A program made the position numbers and the translations under genes. Positions 1 through 12,680 of a DNA stretch of 64,000 bases are shown here, piece after piece. Positions within the stretch are counted from its first letter, which is position 1. Each line of letters opens with the position of its first letter. Source of the stretch: Monocercomonoides exilis PA203 (Eukaryota; Protista; Preaxostyla); NCBI GenBank assembly GCA_001643675.2, contig LSRY02000017.1, positions 744,001 through 808,000 of the forward strand, in the 5' to 3' direction. The notes below the pieces were generated by a model. The model was not told the DNA's origin, did not search any database, and was given only the letters and a program-made list of their open reading frames with translations.

Positions 1-1
1 T

Positions 2-3000
2 CGTGCTGGGCGTCCGCAACATGATGCAAGCGGAGAAGGTGTGGTGATTACGTCTCGAACTGAGCTGCAGTATTATCTTTATGTGATGAACGAGCAGCTA
101 CCGATTGAGTCACAGCTTATAACAAGATTGGCCGATCACATCAATGCAGAAGTTGTGCTGGGGAACATTGTGTCATTGTCAGATGCTGTTGAGTTCCTGA
201 AATATTCTTATTTGTATATTAGAATGAGAAAGAATCCAGCATTATATCAAATCGACACGAACGAGGAAGAAGATGAAGATGAAGAGGAGGAAGAAGAAAG
301 CGATGAAGACGAAGACAGCGGAAACAAAGTCAAAAAGGAGAAAGATCCTGTTCTTCGTCGTCTGTACGACTTGGCATACACAGCGCTTGTTGTGCTGAGC
401 CGAGGCGAGCTTGTGGAGTTCCACAGACAAACAGGCAAAGTTCAGCCGCGTGAGAGAGGAAGGATATCGTCACAATATTACATTCTGCCAGAGTCAATGG
501 CTGTCTACAAGGAGCACTTGCGCCCAACACTCGACACAGCTGGACTGATGCGCGTGTTCGCATTGTCGTCGGAGTTCCGCTATATGGCAGTGAGGAAAGA
601 GGAGAAAGAGGCAGTTGCTGCGTTTTTGCAGCGTGTACCTGTACCTGTGATGGAAGACCCTGGCGACAGTCTTGCTAAAATCATTGTTCTTCTCCAGTCG
701 CACATTGCTAGGCTTCCCCTAGCAGGCTCTCCTCTTCTGGCAGACACTGTCTACATCACTCAGTCTGCATCACGTATCATGCGAGCGCTGTTTGAGCTGA
801 CTCTGTTGGAAGGCTGGGCGCAGCTGGCACTGAACACACTCAACCTGGCAAAGTCGGTACAGAGGCGGATGTGGACAACAGAATGTCCTCTGAGGCAGTT
901 CCCAGCCATTCCAAACAAGGCGATTTTGATTCTTGAGCGATCAAACACTCCATTTGAGCAGATTGCGCAGCTGTCTGAGGAGCAGCTGAGGTCTCTTCTC
1001 GGAGGCTCATTCACTGGCGATGCTGGACGAGGAAGCGGAAACATAGTGAGGAAGACGTGCCAAGCTATAAAGAAGGTACCACGTGTAACATGTTCTCTTC
1101 GTGTACTTCCGTGGACTCGCTCTGTGCTACGGATGGAGCTTGCAGTGCTGGCTGACTTTGCGTGGGATGAAGAGGTGCACGGGAGAAGCGAGCTGTTCTG
1201 GCTGTTCATTGAAGACGGTGATGGAGAAAGGATCCTGCACAAGGAGTGCTTCTCGCTGACCTCTCTGAACACAGAAGAAGAGAGAGAAATGACGATCTAT
1301 GTGAATGTTCTCGATCCTCTTCCACCGCAGTATTTCCTGCGAATCATGAGCGACCGCTGGATCTGCCCAGATTGTGTCATTCCCATCCCATTCAGAAACC
1401 TGATTCTGCCTCCGCTGTGTCCTCCTCTTCGTTCACTGGACGACACACGCACAATGCCAATCAACACAGCCCTGCGCAATCCACTCTATCAAAACCTCTT
1501 CTCGGGAATGCTGGACCATTTCTGGGACAAAGAATACAGAGTACAGAAGACAAAGGAGCTTGCCAAAGAAACAAGCAACAAATACGATGATTCCAATGGA
1601 CGGATGGATATTGAGGATGAAAGTGGTCATAGCTCAGCTGCAGCTCAGCATGCAACAACAGTTGTTCCTCCTTCTGTGCGATTTGGAGGCGAGTGGGGTT
1701 GGGGTCTTAGTGCGAACGAAATGGGATGCTGTTCTTCCTCTTTCAAAGCATTCAACGCACTCCAAAGACAGGTCTTTGCCTCTGTCTATCACGAAGACAG
1801 CAACATTCTTATTGCAGCACCACCAGGTTCAGGAAAGACTGTATGCGCTGAACTTTCAATGCTGCGAGCGCTGAGGCTGACTGGTGTGTTTGAATCGCGC
1901 TCACAGCCATCTGCAGCAACAGTGCCTATTTCGCGTATAGTGTATGTGGCAGCCTCACAAGAGAGATGCGTAACACGATATGATAGATGGAGGTCGCTGT
2001 TTGGAGTGGGTGTGGGCTGCAAAGTGTCGCTTCTCACAGGGGATTCCACTTCAGACAATGCTCTTGTTCGATCGTCACACATCATTGTGTCGACTGCAGA
2101 GAATTGGGATGCTGTGGCTCGCCGCTGGAAAAAGATCAAGACAACACCAGTGGTCTGCTTGCTCATCATTGATGGACTGCAGTATCTGAACACTGTCCCT
2201 GCGGGACCGTTTATTGAGTCAGTGGTGGTGCGAGCGAGGATGAATGCTGCGTTGAATCCAGACAGCATCATCAAGACGCGTATTGTTGCGCTTTCTGTTC
2301 CTCTGATGGATTCAGTGAGCATGGCAGACTGGTTGGGAGTCACTTCACAGAACACTTACTGTTTCAGGACAGACGCAAGAGACATTGATATCAAGATGCA
2401 CTATGCTGCGTTTGATTCATATGATCCTTCTGAAAGGCAGCTTTCCATGTCTCGTCCATCATACACCATTCTCCGCACTTTCGCTTCGTCGTCGCCTGCA
2501 ATGCTGTTTGTTCCAGGAACACCACAGGCTCGTCTGGCGGCTGTGGATGTGCTGAACTTTGCATCGGCGGATGGCATTCCATTTGGATTTATTGGATCAT
2601 CTCATTCGTCAGACATATTGAGACGCATGATGAATTACGTTGGATTACATACTTCTGATATCAAAGATGAAAATGAAAGTGATATTGGGAAAGATGGAAA
2701 TTCGAATAAAATGATTCCTGATGACGATGATTCAGCATCAGCATCTTCTTCTTCACAGAAATTTGGAAAAGGCAAAGAAAGCGGAAGCGTCAAAGCTCCA
2801 GTTTTAACACGACTTCTCCACCGACTTCTTGAATCTCCTGACTACTATCGCATTCTTCTGTGCTCACCCAGTCTGGCAGACAGAGAGCTTGCTTCACACA
2901 TTATCACTTCACCAGACGCCGCTGCTACAACAGGCACTTTCCCTGTCTTTCTCCGTGCGCTTGCTGGAGCTGGTGTGGCTCTTCTGTACGATGGCCAACC

Positions 3001-4705
3001 GCCAGCTGTCCAGCAGACGCTCCGGTTTTTGTATCGCGCTGGCTTCCTCCGCCTTCTTATTCTTCCACACTCTCATGCTGGCTTGCTGGGTGCTGAGCGG
3101 GCAAAGCTTGTTGTTGTGGCTGGGGCAACCGTGTTTGACACACACGCTCGAAGACAAGTCGATCTGCCTCCGACTGATTTGTACCAAATTCTCGGAAGGG
3201 CTGGGCGATATGGCTGTGATGATAGGGCAGATGTATGCGTTCTGCTTCAAATGTCCAAAAGAGAAGTGTATCGCCGCTTTGTGAACGACCCACTGCCGAT
3301 CGAGTCGCAACTGCCGATGCAGCTTGAAGACATCCTCAACACACAGATTGCTGCTTCTTCGATTGTGGATGTTGGCGGAGCAGTGAACTACCTCACTTGG
3401 ACGTATTTATACAGAAGATTGACACAGAATCCTATTCTTTACGGTATCGCAGGCTCAACAAATGATCACATTTCAGATTACTTGAGTGAGCTTGTGGAAA
3501 CAAGGATTGAATCACTGGCGAAATCCAAGTGCATTGACTTAGATTCTGACGATTTGTCTGTTTCACCTCTTAACTTGGGTGTTGTTGCTTCGTATTACAA
3601 TATATCTTGCGGAACGATGACGCTCTTTTCTTCCTTGACTCAGCATGCCCGTATTCATGTTCTGCTGACAGCTGTCTCTTCAGCACAAGAATTTGATTCT
3701 GTTGTTGTCAGACACGGTGAACCGACTTTCCTATCTCGATTAGCTGCACACGTTGATATGGCCACGCGTTCAACTCACTTCGACGATTCGCACGTGAAGG
3801 TGGCTATTCTTATGCAGTCGCACTTCTCACGCCTTTCTCTTCCAGATGCGATGCTGTGTGACTTGCGTGAGATTCTGCCTGTCGGTCTGAAGCTGACACA
3901 CGCCACAGTTGATGTGCTTGCATCGAGTGGCTGGCTGCGCCCGTGTCTGAAAGCGATGGAGCTCTCGCAGATGATTGTGCAAGGGCTGCGTGAAGACGAA
4001 CCTCATCTGCTTCTTCAACTGCCGCATTTAACTGTGGCACACTGCGAGGCACTGAAAGCAAAAGGCAAAGTTGTTGACTGGGATGGATTTGCTGAAATGG
4101 ATGACGATTTGAGAGAAGAATGCTTGTCTGGTCTTTCTCAGGCTCAAATAGGAGACATTGCAAAGCTTACGAATCATTACAACGCATTGGATGTGGAGTT
4201 TGCTTTGAGAGATGCTGCAACTGCAATGAAAAAGAGAAAGAGGAAGTCAAGCAACGAAGAAGACAACGAAGCTGATGAAGACAATGGCGAAATCAAAACA
4301 TTCCAACCCGAATCAATCATAAGCTTGCTTGTCAATGTTATACGCGACGAAGACGATGAAGAAGAGGAAGAAGAAGGAATTGACGAGGCAAATGCTTCAA
4401 AGACTCGCCAAAGACCAGCAGTTGCCATTGACACACGCGTGCATGCTCCACGCTTTCCGAAGGCTAAAGAAGAGCTTTGGTGGCTTGTGGTTGGTGAAAA
4501 GAAAGAAGGTATTCTATGCACAATTAAGAGTTCTATGCTCAACAAAAGCAGAAATGAAATTGAGCTTCAATTTGCCGCTCCGAAGACACCTGGAATGCAC
4601 ACGTACACGCTTTATCTCATGTGCGATTCATACAAAGGATGGGACAGAGAATGCGATCTTGTATTTAACGTGGCAGAAACTGAATCTAAAATGGACGAAG
4701 AGTAA
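2..4705 (+). CDS. BRR2: U5 snRNP 200-kDa RNA helicase Brr2/SNRNP200, 5'-partial (end of N-terminal cassette, Sec63-1, C-terminal helicase cassette, Sec63-2)
   Basis: The frame is open from position 2 (RAGRPQHD, motif VI). It continues with NEQLPIESQL, YSYLYIRMRKNPALY, PLPPQYFLRIMSDRW, Walker A APPGSGKT, GRAGR, PLPIESQL, PLNLGVVASYYNI and the C-terminal HAPRFPKAKEELWWLVVG...YLMCDSYKGWD typical of Brr2. Confidence 0.95.
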   Translation, partial: RAGRPQHDASGEGVVITSRTELQYYLYVMNEQLPIESQLITRLADHINAEVVLGNIVSLSDAVEFLKYSYLYIRMRKNPALYQIDTNEEEDEDEEEEEESDEDEDSGNKVKKEKDPVLRRLYDLAYTALVVLSRGELVEFHRQTGKVQPRERGRISSQYYILPESMAVYKEHLRPTLDTAGLMRVFALSSEFRYMAVRKEEKEAVAAFLQRVPVPVMEDPGDSLAKIIVLLQSHIARLPLAGSPLLADTVYITQSASRIMRALFELTLLEGWAQLALNTLNLAKSVQRRMWTTECPLRQFPAIPNKAILILERSNTPFEQIAQLSEEQLRSLLGGSFTGDAGRGSGNIVRKTCQAIKKVPRVTCSLRVLPWTRSVLRMELAVLADFAWDEEVHGRSELFWLFIEDGDGERILHKECFSLTSLNTEEEREMTIYVNVLDPLPPQYFLRIMSDRWICPDCVIPIPFRNLILPPLCPPLRSLDDTRTMPINTALRNPLYQNLFSGMLDHFWDKEYRVQKTKELAKETSNKYDDSNGRMDIEDESGHSSAAAQHATTVVPPSVRFGGEWGWGLSANEMGCCSSSFKAFNALQRQVFASVYHEDSNILIAAPPGSGKTVCAELSMLRALRLTGVFESRSQPSAATVPISRIVYVAASQERCVTRYDRWRSLFGVGVGCKVSLLTGDSTSDNALVRSSHIIVSTAENWDAVARRWKKIKTTPVVCLLIIDGLQYLNTVPAGPFIESVVVRARMNAALNPDSIIKTRIVALSVPLMDSVSMADWLGVTSQNTYCFRTDARDIDIKMHYAAFDSYDPSERQLSMSRPSYTILRTFASSSPAMLFVPGTPQARLAAVDVLNFASADGIPFGFIGSSHSSDILRRMMNYVGLHTSDIKDENESDIGKDGNSNKMIPDDDDSASASSSSQKFGKGKESGSVKAPVLTRLLHRLLESPDYYRILLCSPSLADRELASHIITSPDAAATTGTFPVFLRALAGAGVALLYDGQPPAVQQTLRFLYRAGFLRLLILPHSHAGLLGAERAKLVVVAGATVFDTHARRQVDLPPTDLYQILGRAGRYGCDDRADVCVLLQMSKREVYRRFVNDPLPIESQLPMQLEDILNTQIAASSIVDVGGAVNYLTWTYLYRRLTQNPILYGIAGSTNDHISDYLSELVETRIESLAKSKCIDLDSDDLSVSPLNLGVVASYYNISCGTMTLFSSLTQHARIHVLLTAVSSAQEFDSVVVRHGEPTFLSRLAAHVDMATRSTHFDDSHVKVAILMQSHFSRLSLPDAMLCDLREILPVGLKLTHATVDVLASSGWLRPCLKAMELSQMIVQGLREDEPHLLLQLPHLTVAHCEALKAKGKVVDWDGFAEMDDDLREECLSGLSQAQIGDIAKLTNHYNALDVEFALRDAATAMKKRKRKSSNEEDNEADEDNGEIKTFQPESIISLLVNVIRDEDDEEEEEEGIDEANASKTRQRPAVAIDTRVHAPRFPKAKEELWWLVVGEKKEGILCTIKSSMLNKSRNEIELQFAAPKTPGMHTYTLYLMCDSYKGWDRECDLVFNVAETESKMDEE

Positions 4706-5131
4706 AGATTGTACATGAATATTTTAAATAATAACATTTTAAAATACAGGAAATTACGAAAGGAGATTTGAGGAATGCTTGATGTCAATTCACCAATGAT
4801 ATGAGCTCTAATAAAAAAAAAAATAAACATCTATTTCTTCCTTTTGGCTGTTTTCCGAATTGTAGGATATGCAGAAAAATTTATGGATTTGGTTCATTCA
4901 TGGTTGAACAATTTCAACTCAAGCGAATGCATTCACTTTGAGAAATCCGTTTTAAATCAGCAAAAGTTTTTTCATTCTTTCTCTTATTATTACTTGAATA
5001 CACCTCACATTTCATTTTAAAATATTAAAACAATCAAAATAATAGTTTATCCAATTGATTCTTTTTTCTGAGTATTTTCATTCATAAAAACATGTTTCAA
5101 AAATAAATATATAAATCAAAAAATACTCACT

Positions 5132-7155
5132 TTATGAAGAAGGAAAGTGGAAGCGGGAACTTCCAATTTCAATGGAATAGCAACCAATTTGTCCAGTTTT
5201 GGATTTTTCCATTGTTGGAATTGAAGAAGTGAGTGAAGATGACTGCGAAAGAAGAGAAGATGGTAACGAATGTGCTGCTGAAGTGAAAAAAGTTGACTTT
5301 GAAGAGGTTGGAGGCGAAGCGATATGAACAATTGAAGGGGTTTCTGAAAGATGGGAGACAAATCCAAAAGGAAAGGAAGTAGTTGTAAAGACAGAAGAAA
5401 GCTCAAAACATCCACATCCTGTTTCTTTGTCTCCATTTAAAGTTAAGCAAAGTACACCACATTGGCGTTGAGATAAAGAGGAATTTGCCAATGAACCAAT
5501 TTTCCAGGGTTCATCATTGATTCGCCTCAGAGGAGGTAAGCTGAGAAAACTGTGCTCTATTCGAGACTTTATTAGATTCGTTGAGTTAACATGCGGATCA
5601 GAAGAAGAGCAAGAGCGATTAATGATGTCAGAAGCGATTGTTTTTGATAAAAGAGTTTGCGTGATCTCTTCTCCACACCCAGAAATACAGCAACAAACTC
5701 CAAGCAATGGATCGCTTGATTCTATTTCACTATCATTATCCTCTTCACTTCCTTGATTGAAATCGATAAAAGTATCTTTTTTCGTTTTCGTATCTTTTAA
5801 TTCATTGTCTTTCGAGCAAAGCTCACTCCTTTTTAATTCTTTACCAAAGTCATCTTCAAAATCATAGGAATTCATTTTTCGATGCTTTAGATTTAGATCA
5901 TCTTCTGAATCCAAATTCTCAATGATTTCAAACAAAGAATTCTTTTGATCCAATTTTCTCTCTTTTCTCTTCTCAACCTTTTTATTTGAAGGCTCTTTGC
6001 TTAAAACAAAAGGAGAAGTCTCAGCCCATATGCCAGCTCCAAATGTTGCCACATCGCCAATTCTTCCGCAATCTCGTAGCAAAATTCCACCCGTTGAAGC
6101 TCCTGCACACACTTTTCCGTTCCTGCAAAATTCAACATACATCAAATACAAAAATAAAAAATTTCTCAAAGCACACCAATCAATGCAAATTGCTCCTACG
6201 GTATCAAAGCTCTCATTCTTGACCGCATCAACTTGTTTTAATTGATCAGTATCTTCAAAATTATATCTTCTGATTCCTCTATTTGAATCGCTACTTCCTT
6301 TCATTGTTTCATCCTCTTTAATTTTTGCATTTGTCTTTTCTTTTAAAATGCTAAACTTCTGAAACAATTCTTTCGAACGGGGTGAAATCAACCTAACGTC
6401 ATCTTATAGAATCAATAATTTTGTTGAGCACTTTATTTAAATTTGAAATAGAAATAATTAATGAGCCTCAAACCGACAACTTCCAATCCATGCGAAGCTG
6501 CATATTTTTTCGCTCCTTCACCAACAAGCATTTGTGGTGCAACAAGTCCAATTTCAGAGTAAAAACTTTTTTCTGTTTGGGCGATTTTGTGTGCAACCTC
6601 AATTGGATGGGTTACACCTTTGCAGCATTTGAAAAAAAAGAAAAGTTATTATTTTGAAATTTAATAGAAGCGCGCAAACAGTGACAAACCTGAAAGCGCA
6701 CCAACTGATCCAAATCCAGGTAAATTTGAAAACTGAACAGAAGAGTTTTTATCTGTCGATAATGAAATCTGAGAATACATCAAAGACGCTTCGCACTCAA
6801 CACTTCCTTCTACAGTTAGATTTGATCCACATCCAGCGTTAACAATGCCACTTGACTGTAAGTTAAATACATTTCAAAAAAAAAAAAAAAAAAAAAAACC
6901 ACAACCTCCAAATATTTAATCGATTCCAAAACTGCACATTCGCAAGAGCCCACCTTTTCGCAAAAATGGTGCTTTTAAACTCTTTCATAATTTCAAAAAA
7001 TGACAAACAGATGAAAAAAGAGCCTGCTTTCCAACATCCAATGCATTACTTATTAAATCTCGCTTTTTCTTTGCAAGAGGAGCATTTGAATTTGAAGCGC
7101 CAATGTGTAACGCTAGAATATAAGGTTTTGAATTTTTATATTCATTTAAAGACAT
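5132..7155 (-). CDS. TASP1: Threonine aspartase 1 (taspase-1)-like / type-2 asparaginase Ntn hydrolase, multi-exon
   Basis: Manual minus-strand translation from ATG 7155 gives MSLNEY..ILALHIGA, VLESIKYLE, VNAGCGSNLTVEGSVECEASLM, the autocleavage site FD/TVGAICID, AGASTGG...GRIGDVATFGAGIWA and ISGCGEEI. GT-AG introns include 6176-6123. Confidence 0.8.
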
Positions 7156-7388
7156 CAGAATGTGAAACCATTTCTATTAAAATCTGAATCCAAAAATTGA
7201 TTTTAACTACTACAACAATAACAATAACGGTAACAACCTTTTTCTTATTAAGACGCTTAAATTAAATAGTTTATCTTTTTTCAACTGAGATATAATAAAA
7301 TTTTCAAATCAGTTGTTTCGCTGTTTAATTGCTATTGAAGCATTTTTGCAGCTATAATCCGAGTGCATACAACTCATATTATTGTGTG

Positions 7389-10300
7389 ATGTCACAATCA
7401 GATAGAGCTGCAGAAATTACCGCATGGTCAACAACAGCATCTATGAAAAGTCAATCTCCTAATTCACAGTCTGTATTTCTTCTCAGAGGATTTATTTTAT
7501 TTTCCATGATACTTTTTATTTTTATATTTACTCAGAAAAGAAGATCTACAAGAGATGTTGAACGAAGAAGTTACAATCACAGAACCTAAAGACGCTTTTA
7601 TTGCTGATTCAAAAAAACATGGAAAAGATAATTTAAAACCAGAATCATCTCGAAAACAAAGAGGAAGATCTTTCTCACCGGCTCCATTAATCAATTCTTT
7701 GATAACAGTTCATTCGCCTAGGTCTGCGGATTATTTTGATAACACAAATACACGCCTGAAACAAAACAAAAAAGGGAAACGCCAAAAGGGGAAATCAGAA
7801 ACTCAAAGTCATTCTTTTCTCAATAACAAGAAAAATGGCATTGTTGATATGCCGCCGTATTCATTGAGAGTCTGCCCCCCGCTTGATTTGTCAAATCTTC
7901 ATCCTCAAAGATCTGTATCTCCAACACTAACTCAAATCCATCCATCACTTGTGATTCCTCAAGAAATGAGCTTACAAAACTCTCAAAGATATTCTATTTT
8001 TTCTCAACGAGCTCCTCTTCCTTACCCAAATAGTCAAACACTCAACTCCGACAGTCCTCGCTCGTCGCATCGACCTCGGCCAAAGCGTAATTCTGTTTCT
8101 TTGACATCTTCTTTGAAAAATAAAACTACAAAAGATGATACGAACGTTGGTGAAGGAGATCAAGATCAAATGCATCTTCTGGAAACTCAAAGAAAATATG
8201 ATGTTTCAAAAAATAATTCGAAAGACGAAACTGAGCCAGTAGAAGGAAAACAACAAGATGGAGAAGTTAAGCAAAAGAACATTTTATACGCATCAAATTC
8301 ATTTGTGTCAGGAAGTCCAAAAACGCTGTACCATCCAACCTCTCCGTTTGTGGAACCTCCGATTTTCTATCTTAATCCTCCTTGCCAAACGTTGTCAAAT
8401 ACAATGAAATCTTCTTCCTCACTTTCTTCATTTCATCAATCTGCTGACACCACACAGAAATTCTATGACAATTTAAGTGTTCCGCCGTCTCCGCCAGACA
8501 TTAGACGTTCTCAAAACGATTCTGTCAGACTCCCTCCAATTGACTCACTTCAATCTTTTGACGACAAACGTCCCCATAGCGATGACAGAGAAATACAAGA
8601 GGAAAGAAATATCTCCTCTCGCGAATTAAAACATGTTCCGTCTGAAGTAGAATCAGACAGATACCGCGTTTCTCTGCACGAAATGGCAAAGAGGGGACAG
8701 ATTCCTTTCACAATCGATTTCAGCGAAGACGAAGAAGGCAACTTTTTCTATGAAGATGAAGAGGGCAATCTGATGATCAGAGCATACGGTGCACGAAAGG
8801 AGATGACTGAAGCCGATGCCAGCAAGACGCTTGAATTGGAACCCCTTTCAAACCCGTCTGCTTCCACTCCATTGTCAGTATCTTCTTTGTTTATGGACAC
8901 ATCTCAACTCACTTCAACACATTCACCATCATTTCATCGAACAAAACACAGTAACGGCAATCGTCGGAAATATCGTTCACCATCTCATTCATCTGCTGGC
9001 GGTCTTTTCAGTGTAAGTTCACGAGAGATAGATCGGGAGCATAGTGCAGATTCCGATAGAGAAGATTCAAGACGAAGAAGCAGAGACAAAGAACGAAGAT
9101 ACATCAAAGAATCATACAGCGTGTCACCAGAAGTTATTAGGGAGCTCTCAATTGGGTCTCTGCAGATGGATGCTCGCCAGCTTTGCTCAGCTGAAGCGCA
9201 GCATCGCTGGGAATTGATACACGGAAGATCTTCAACAGCCTCTCGTGCTTCTCCAAGAAGCAGAAATTCTGGCTCTGTTACAGGGACTCCTTCTCATTCA
9301 CGTTCAATGAATTCCTCACCTTCTACATCTCCCGAGTTTTCTGCTTTGACAGGACGTAATTCACATTTTGGTTCAAATTCCTTATCTGCTTCTATTGCTC
9401 AAAGAGGATTCCATCCGATGCGATCGTTTTCGGAGTCTGCACAAACAGAGAAGCAACATGCTCTCGATGAAAGGGCAGATGAAGATTGGATAACTGCTCT
9501 TTTCAACAAGTTGATAGTGCCAGACGAAGGTCAATGCTATCCTGAAGTTACGGAGAGCATCACAGCATTTAAAAATGAAGGGAAAGAGGAAACGCGGCAA
9601 AAGCTGCAGGAAAAGAGAGAGACCAAATACAAGTTGGAGTCAGCATTTTTGGAGGAGTGGAAGAATCAGGAGGCACAGTTTTCGGAACTTCAAGAGAAAT
9701 ACGAAGAAATTAGGCAAAAGTACGAAGAGCTGAGGGGACATGCAATGGACTTGGGCTCAACGAACGAGAGAGGACTGGAAGAGGCAGAAAGAAATGAGCA
9801 GGAATTGAAGCTGTTGAGAGCCAAAGTCAAACAATTGGAAGCAGAAACGCAGGCAGCACAATCAGAAACAGCGTTCATGAAGACACAGGACAACAACTGG
9901 GAAACTCAATGTAATGAATTGAAGGAGCAGAACAAGGAGTTTAGCGACAATGCAGAAAAATTGCAGCTTCAGCTGAAGAATTATACAGATGAGTTTGCTG
10001 GAAATATTGTTGCATTATCCTCTTTTTCTAAATATTATTTTTCTTTTCCGGCAAATGGCGTAATATTTATTTATTAAATTTTTATTTAATTTTATTAAAC
10101 AATTTTCGAATATTATTTTCCGTAGAATAACTGAAAAAGATGAGAGGATAGCCATGCTGAAGAAAGAAAGAGATGAGCTCAAGAAACTTCTCGCAAAATC
10201 TTGGCTGAAAGAAGAGGAAGTTCAGACAGTGTGGACGATTGAAGACGAGGCGACACGCCTTCTGGCGCCTGCATCGACGCTAATACCGTCCGACTCCTCC

Positions 10301-12389
10301 AATTCGCTTGCCCAGTTTGTGCCACATCTGAAAAATTCGTTTTCGTCAGCATCGCTTCTCCACTCGAAGACACTGCCACTGTCACCATCATCGTCTCATC
10401 TGCGAAGAACTGCAGGATTAACGACGTCTTCAAGCAAACTCTCCATATCCTCTTCAAAATTGACGTTGCAATCTCCCAAAATAAACGATTTGATTTCTTC
10501 AACTTCTTCTTTATCGCCTTTGCAGCATTCACCAATTACGATGTCCCAGTCGCGCGATTTGAGACAGTTGGCAGATGTGCTTATGTTTCCTGAAGGGGAT
10601 CCTCAGCCTACCACTCCTTCATCTCCCCCCAAAAGTGAGGATGTGAAGAACGAAGAAAAGAAGGAAGATGCAAATGCAGAACAGAAAGAAGAGAAAACAG
10701 AAACTGCTAAACAAGATAACAAGCCCACTCCTTTAAACCAATTGGAGAAAGATGAAAACAAAGAGCTTGTTACAGACGAGAAAGAAGATGAGGCTGAAGC
10801 TAAGGAGATATTAAATGCAAAAATGGCAGAAATGAGAGAAAGAATGGAAAAAACGAGGAAAAGAACTGCTCGTTCTGTATCAAAGTCACCACCGAGAAGG
10901 GGAATGTCAACAGAAAACAAGGAAAGCGAAAGGAGCATTGCATCTGCAAGCTCAACAAAGCGGAGAGGAGAAAAAGGAAAGAAAGGAAAAGTCGCAAGCC
11001 GTGAAAGCGGGGAAAAGGAAAAGAAGGCACTCACAGTCGAAGTTTCACCAAGTGAAAAAGAAAAAGAGATGGAAAGTCTGTTGATGAAAATGATTATCAG
11101 GGAGAGAGTGAGAGAAAAAGCGAGAACGAAGAAAGTTGAAATGATTGCAGAAAATGATGTTGTTCCTGTGCTTGATTGGACCGAAGTGAATGAAAATGGA
11201 GTCAGAGGAAGATTTGGTTCTGATAATTACGATTGGAAAGGATTGGTGTGATGCATTATTTGAAATAATATTTCTTTTTTAACGAAGATTTTGATAAATT
11301 TGAATAATTCTTTCAAACTTTGTGTAATTATGCCAAAATTATCGAAAATCTTTCTGTTTATTTTGTAGGGATTTGCAATTGTGAACGTTGGATATTTGAA
11401 AGAAGTTGTTGATGAAAAGGAAGAGACAATTACGGAATATCGCGCAAAGCTGAGAAATATCAGGGTTTTGCTTTATTCATTTATTAATTCATTCAAATTA
11501 ATGATTTGATTTTTTCTTTTTTGGAAAATTATTTTTTACTCATTTAATCAAATTTCAGGAATTGTTTTATGGAATTTGTGGTACACTAAGAAAAGCTGCA
11601 ACAAATTTTGGAGAAAAGCTGAAATTGCTTTTTGACTCTCTGGATAACATTAAGTTGATCAATGATGCACAAACCGTATTCTTTTATCTTCTTCTTGGCA
11701 TTCTTTATTCTTTATTCTTTGTTTTTATTTTATTTTATTTTATTTCTAATTTTTTTTTTTTCGATTTAAACAATATTTAGGTTGATTTATGTTGCCCATA
11801 TTGCCTTCAGCTTTTCAAAGAACCTGTCACATTCATTCCGTGTGGCCACACGCTTTGCAAAATATGTGCGTACAGAACGGGGAAAGCAGGCAAAACGCAA
11901 TGTCCTCTTTGCTCTGATTGCGTTACAAGAGGATTTGTGAAGAACTTTATTGTGGAGTCACTTTCATCAAGAGAAGAGGTTAAGAGGCAAAAAATACAAG
12001 TGTGCAATGAAAATATTTCCACTTGTGAACAAATTTGAAGAAACAATTCACAGTTTATTTATGCTTAATTTTTTATTTAAGAAATGAGATTTCTTTTTTC
12101 TTTTCTTTCTTTTTTTTTAAGTTTGAAATTAAAAAAAATAACATTTGTTTTATTACTTTATGAACTGATTACTGGCTTCAATTTTAAGGAATGTCTTCTT
12201 GGAGCATGTCAACTTGAAGAGATAAGAAATGATCTTATTCATCAAGCAAAACTTCTTCCATCACCTGAGGAATCGTCTTTAGAAGTTCTCTCTTTAGGAA
12301 TTACTGCAGAAGAGCGCGAGGCTGCCATGAGAAAAGAAATGAACAGCGGAGAGCTTTGCTACGATGATGATGATGATGATATTGGCTAG
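7389..12389 (+). CDS. Large Ser-rich/coiled-coil protein with C-terminal C3HC4 RING finger (putative E3 ligase), multi-exon
   Basis: ORFs 7555-10077, 10154-11251 and 12084-12389 can be joined by AT-rich GT-AG introns. The exon from 11781 reads CCPYCLQLFKEPVTFIPCGHTLCKICAYRTGKAGKTQCPLC. A coiled coil lies at ~9570-10200. The exon junctions are my manual reading. Confidence 0.75.
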
Positions 12390-12680
12390 ATGGAAATGAA
12401 TGATTCGTTCTCGAAAGTTTATAAAACGTAACTCACTAAGCCAGTTGAATTTTATTACTTTCAAAATTTGTTTTATTTATAAAATTATTGTTGATTTTTT
12501 GATTATTTACTCAAAGCTGTCATTTCATGTGTATGTATAATATTTTCAGCCTTCTTCATACGTTTCACACATTCCTTATTTCAACTCAAAAATATTTTTT
12601 GATGAAGTTCTTTTCATAATTTACAAAACATTTTTCTGAAAAAGACTTTACAAAAATCAATTTGAATCATTATCAAATGC

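Noticed and set aside
2150-2200. Degenerate motif II (IIDGLQ) in Brr2 as pseudogenisation
   Set aside because: The C-terminal Brr2 cassette is known to be catalytically inactive and divergent, and the ORF is intact.
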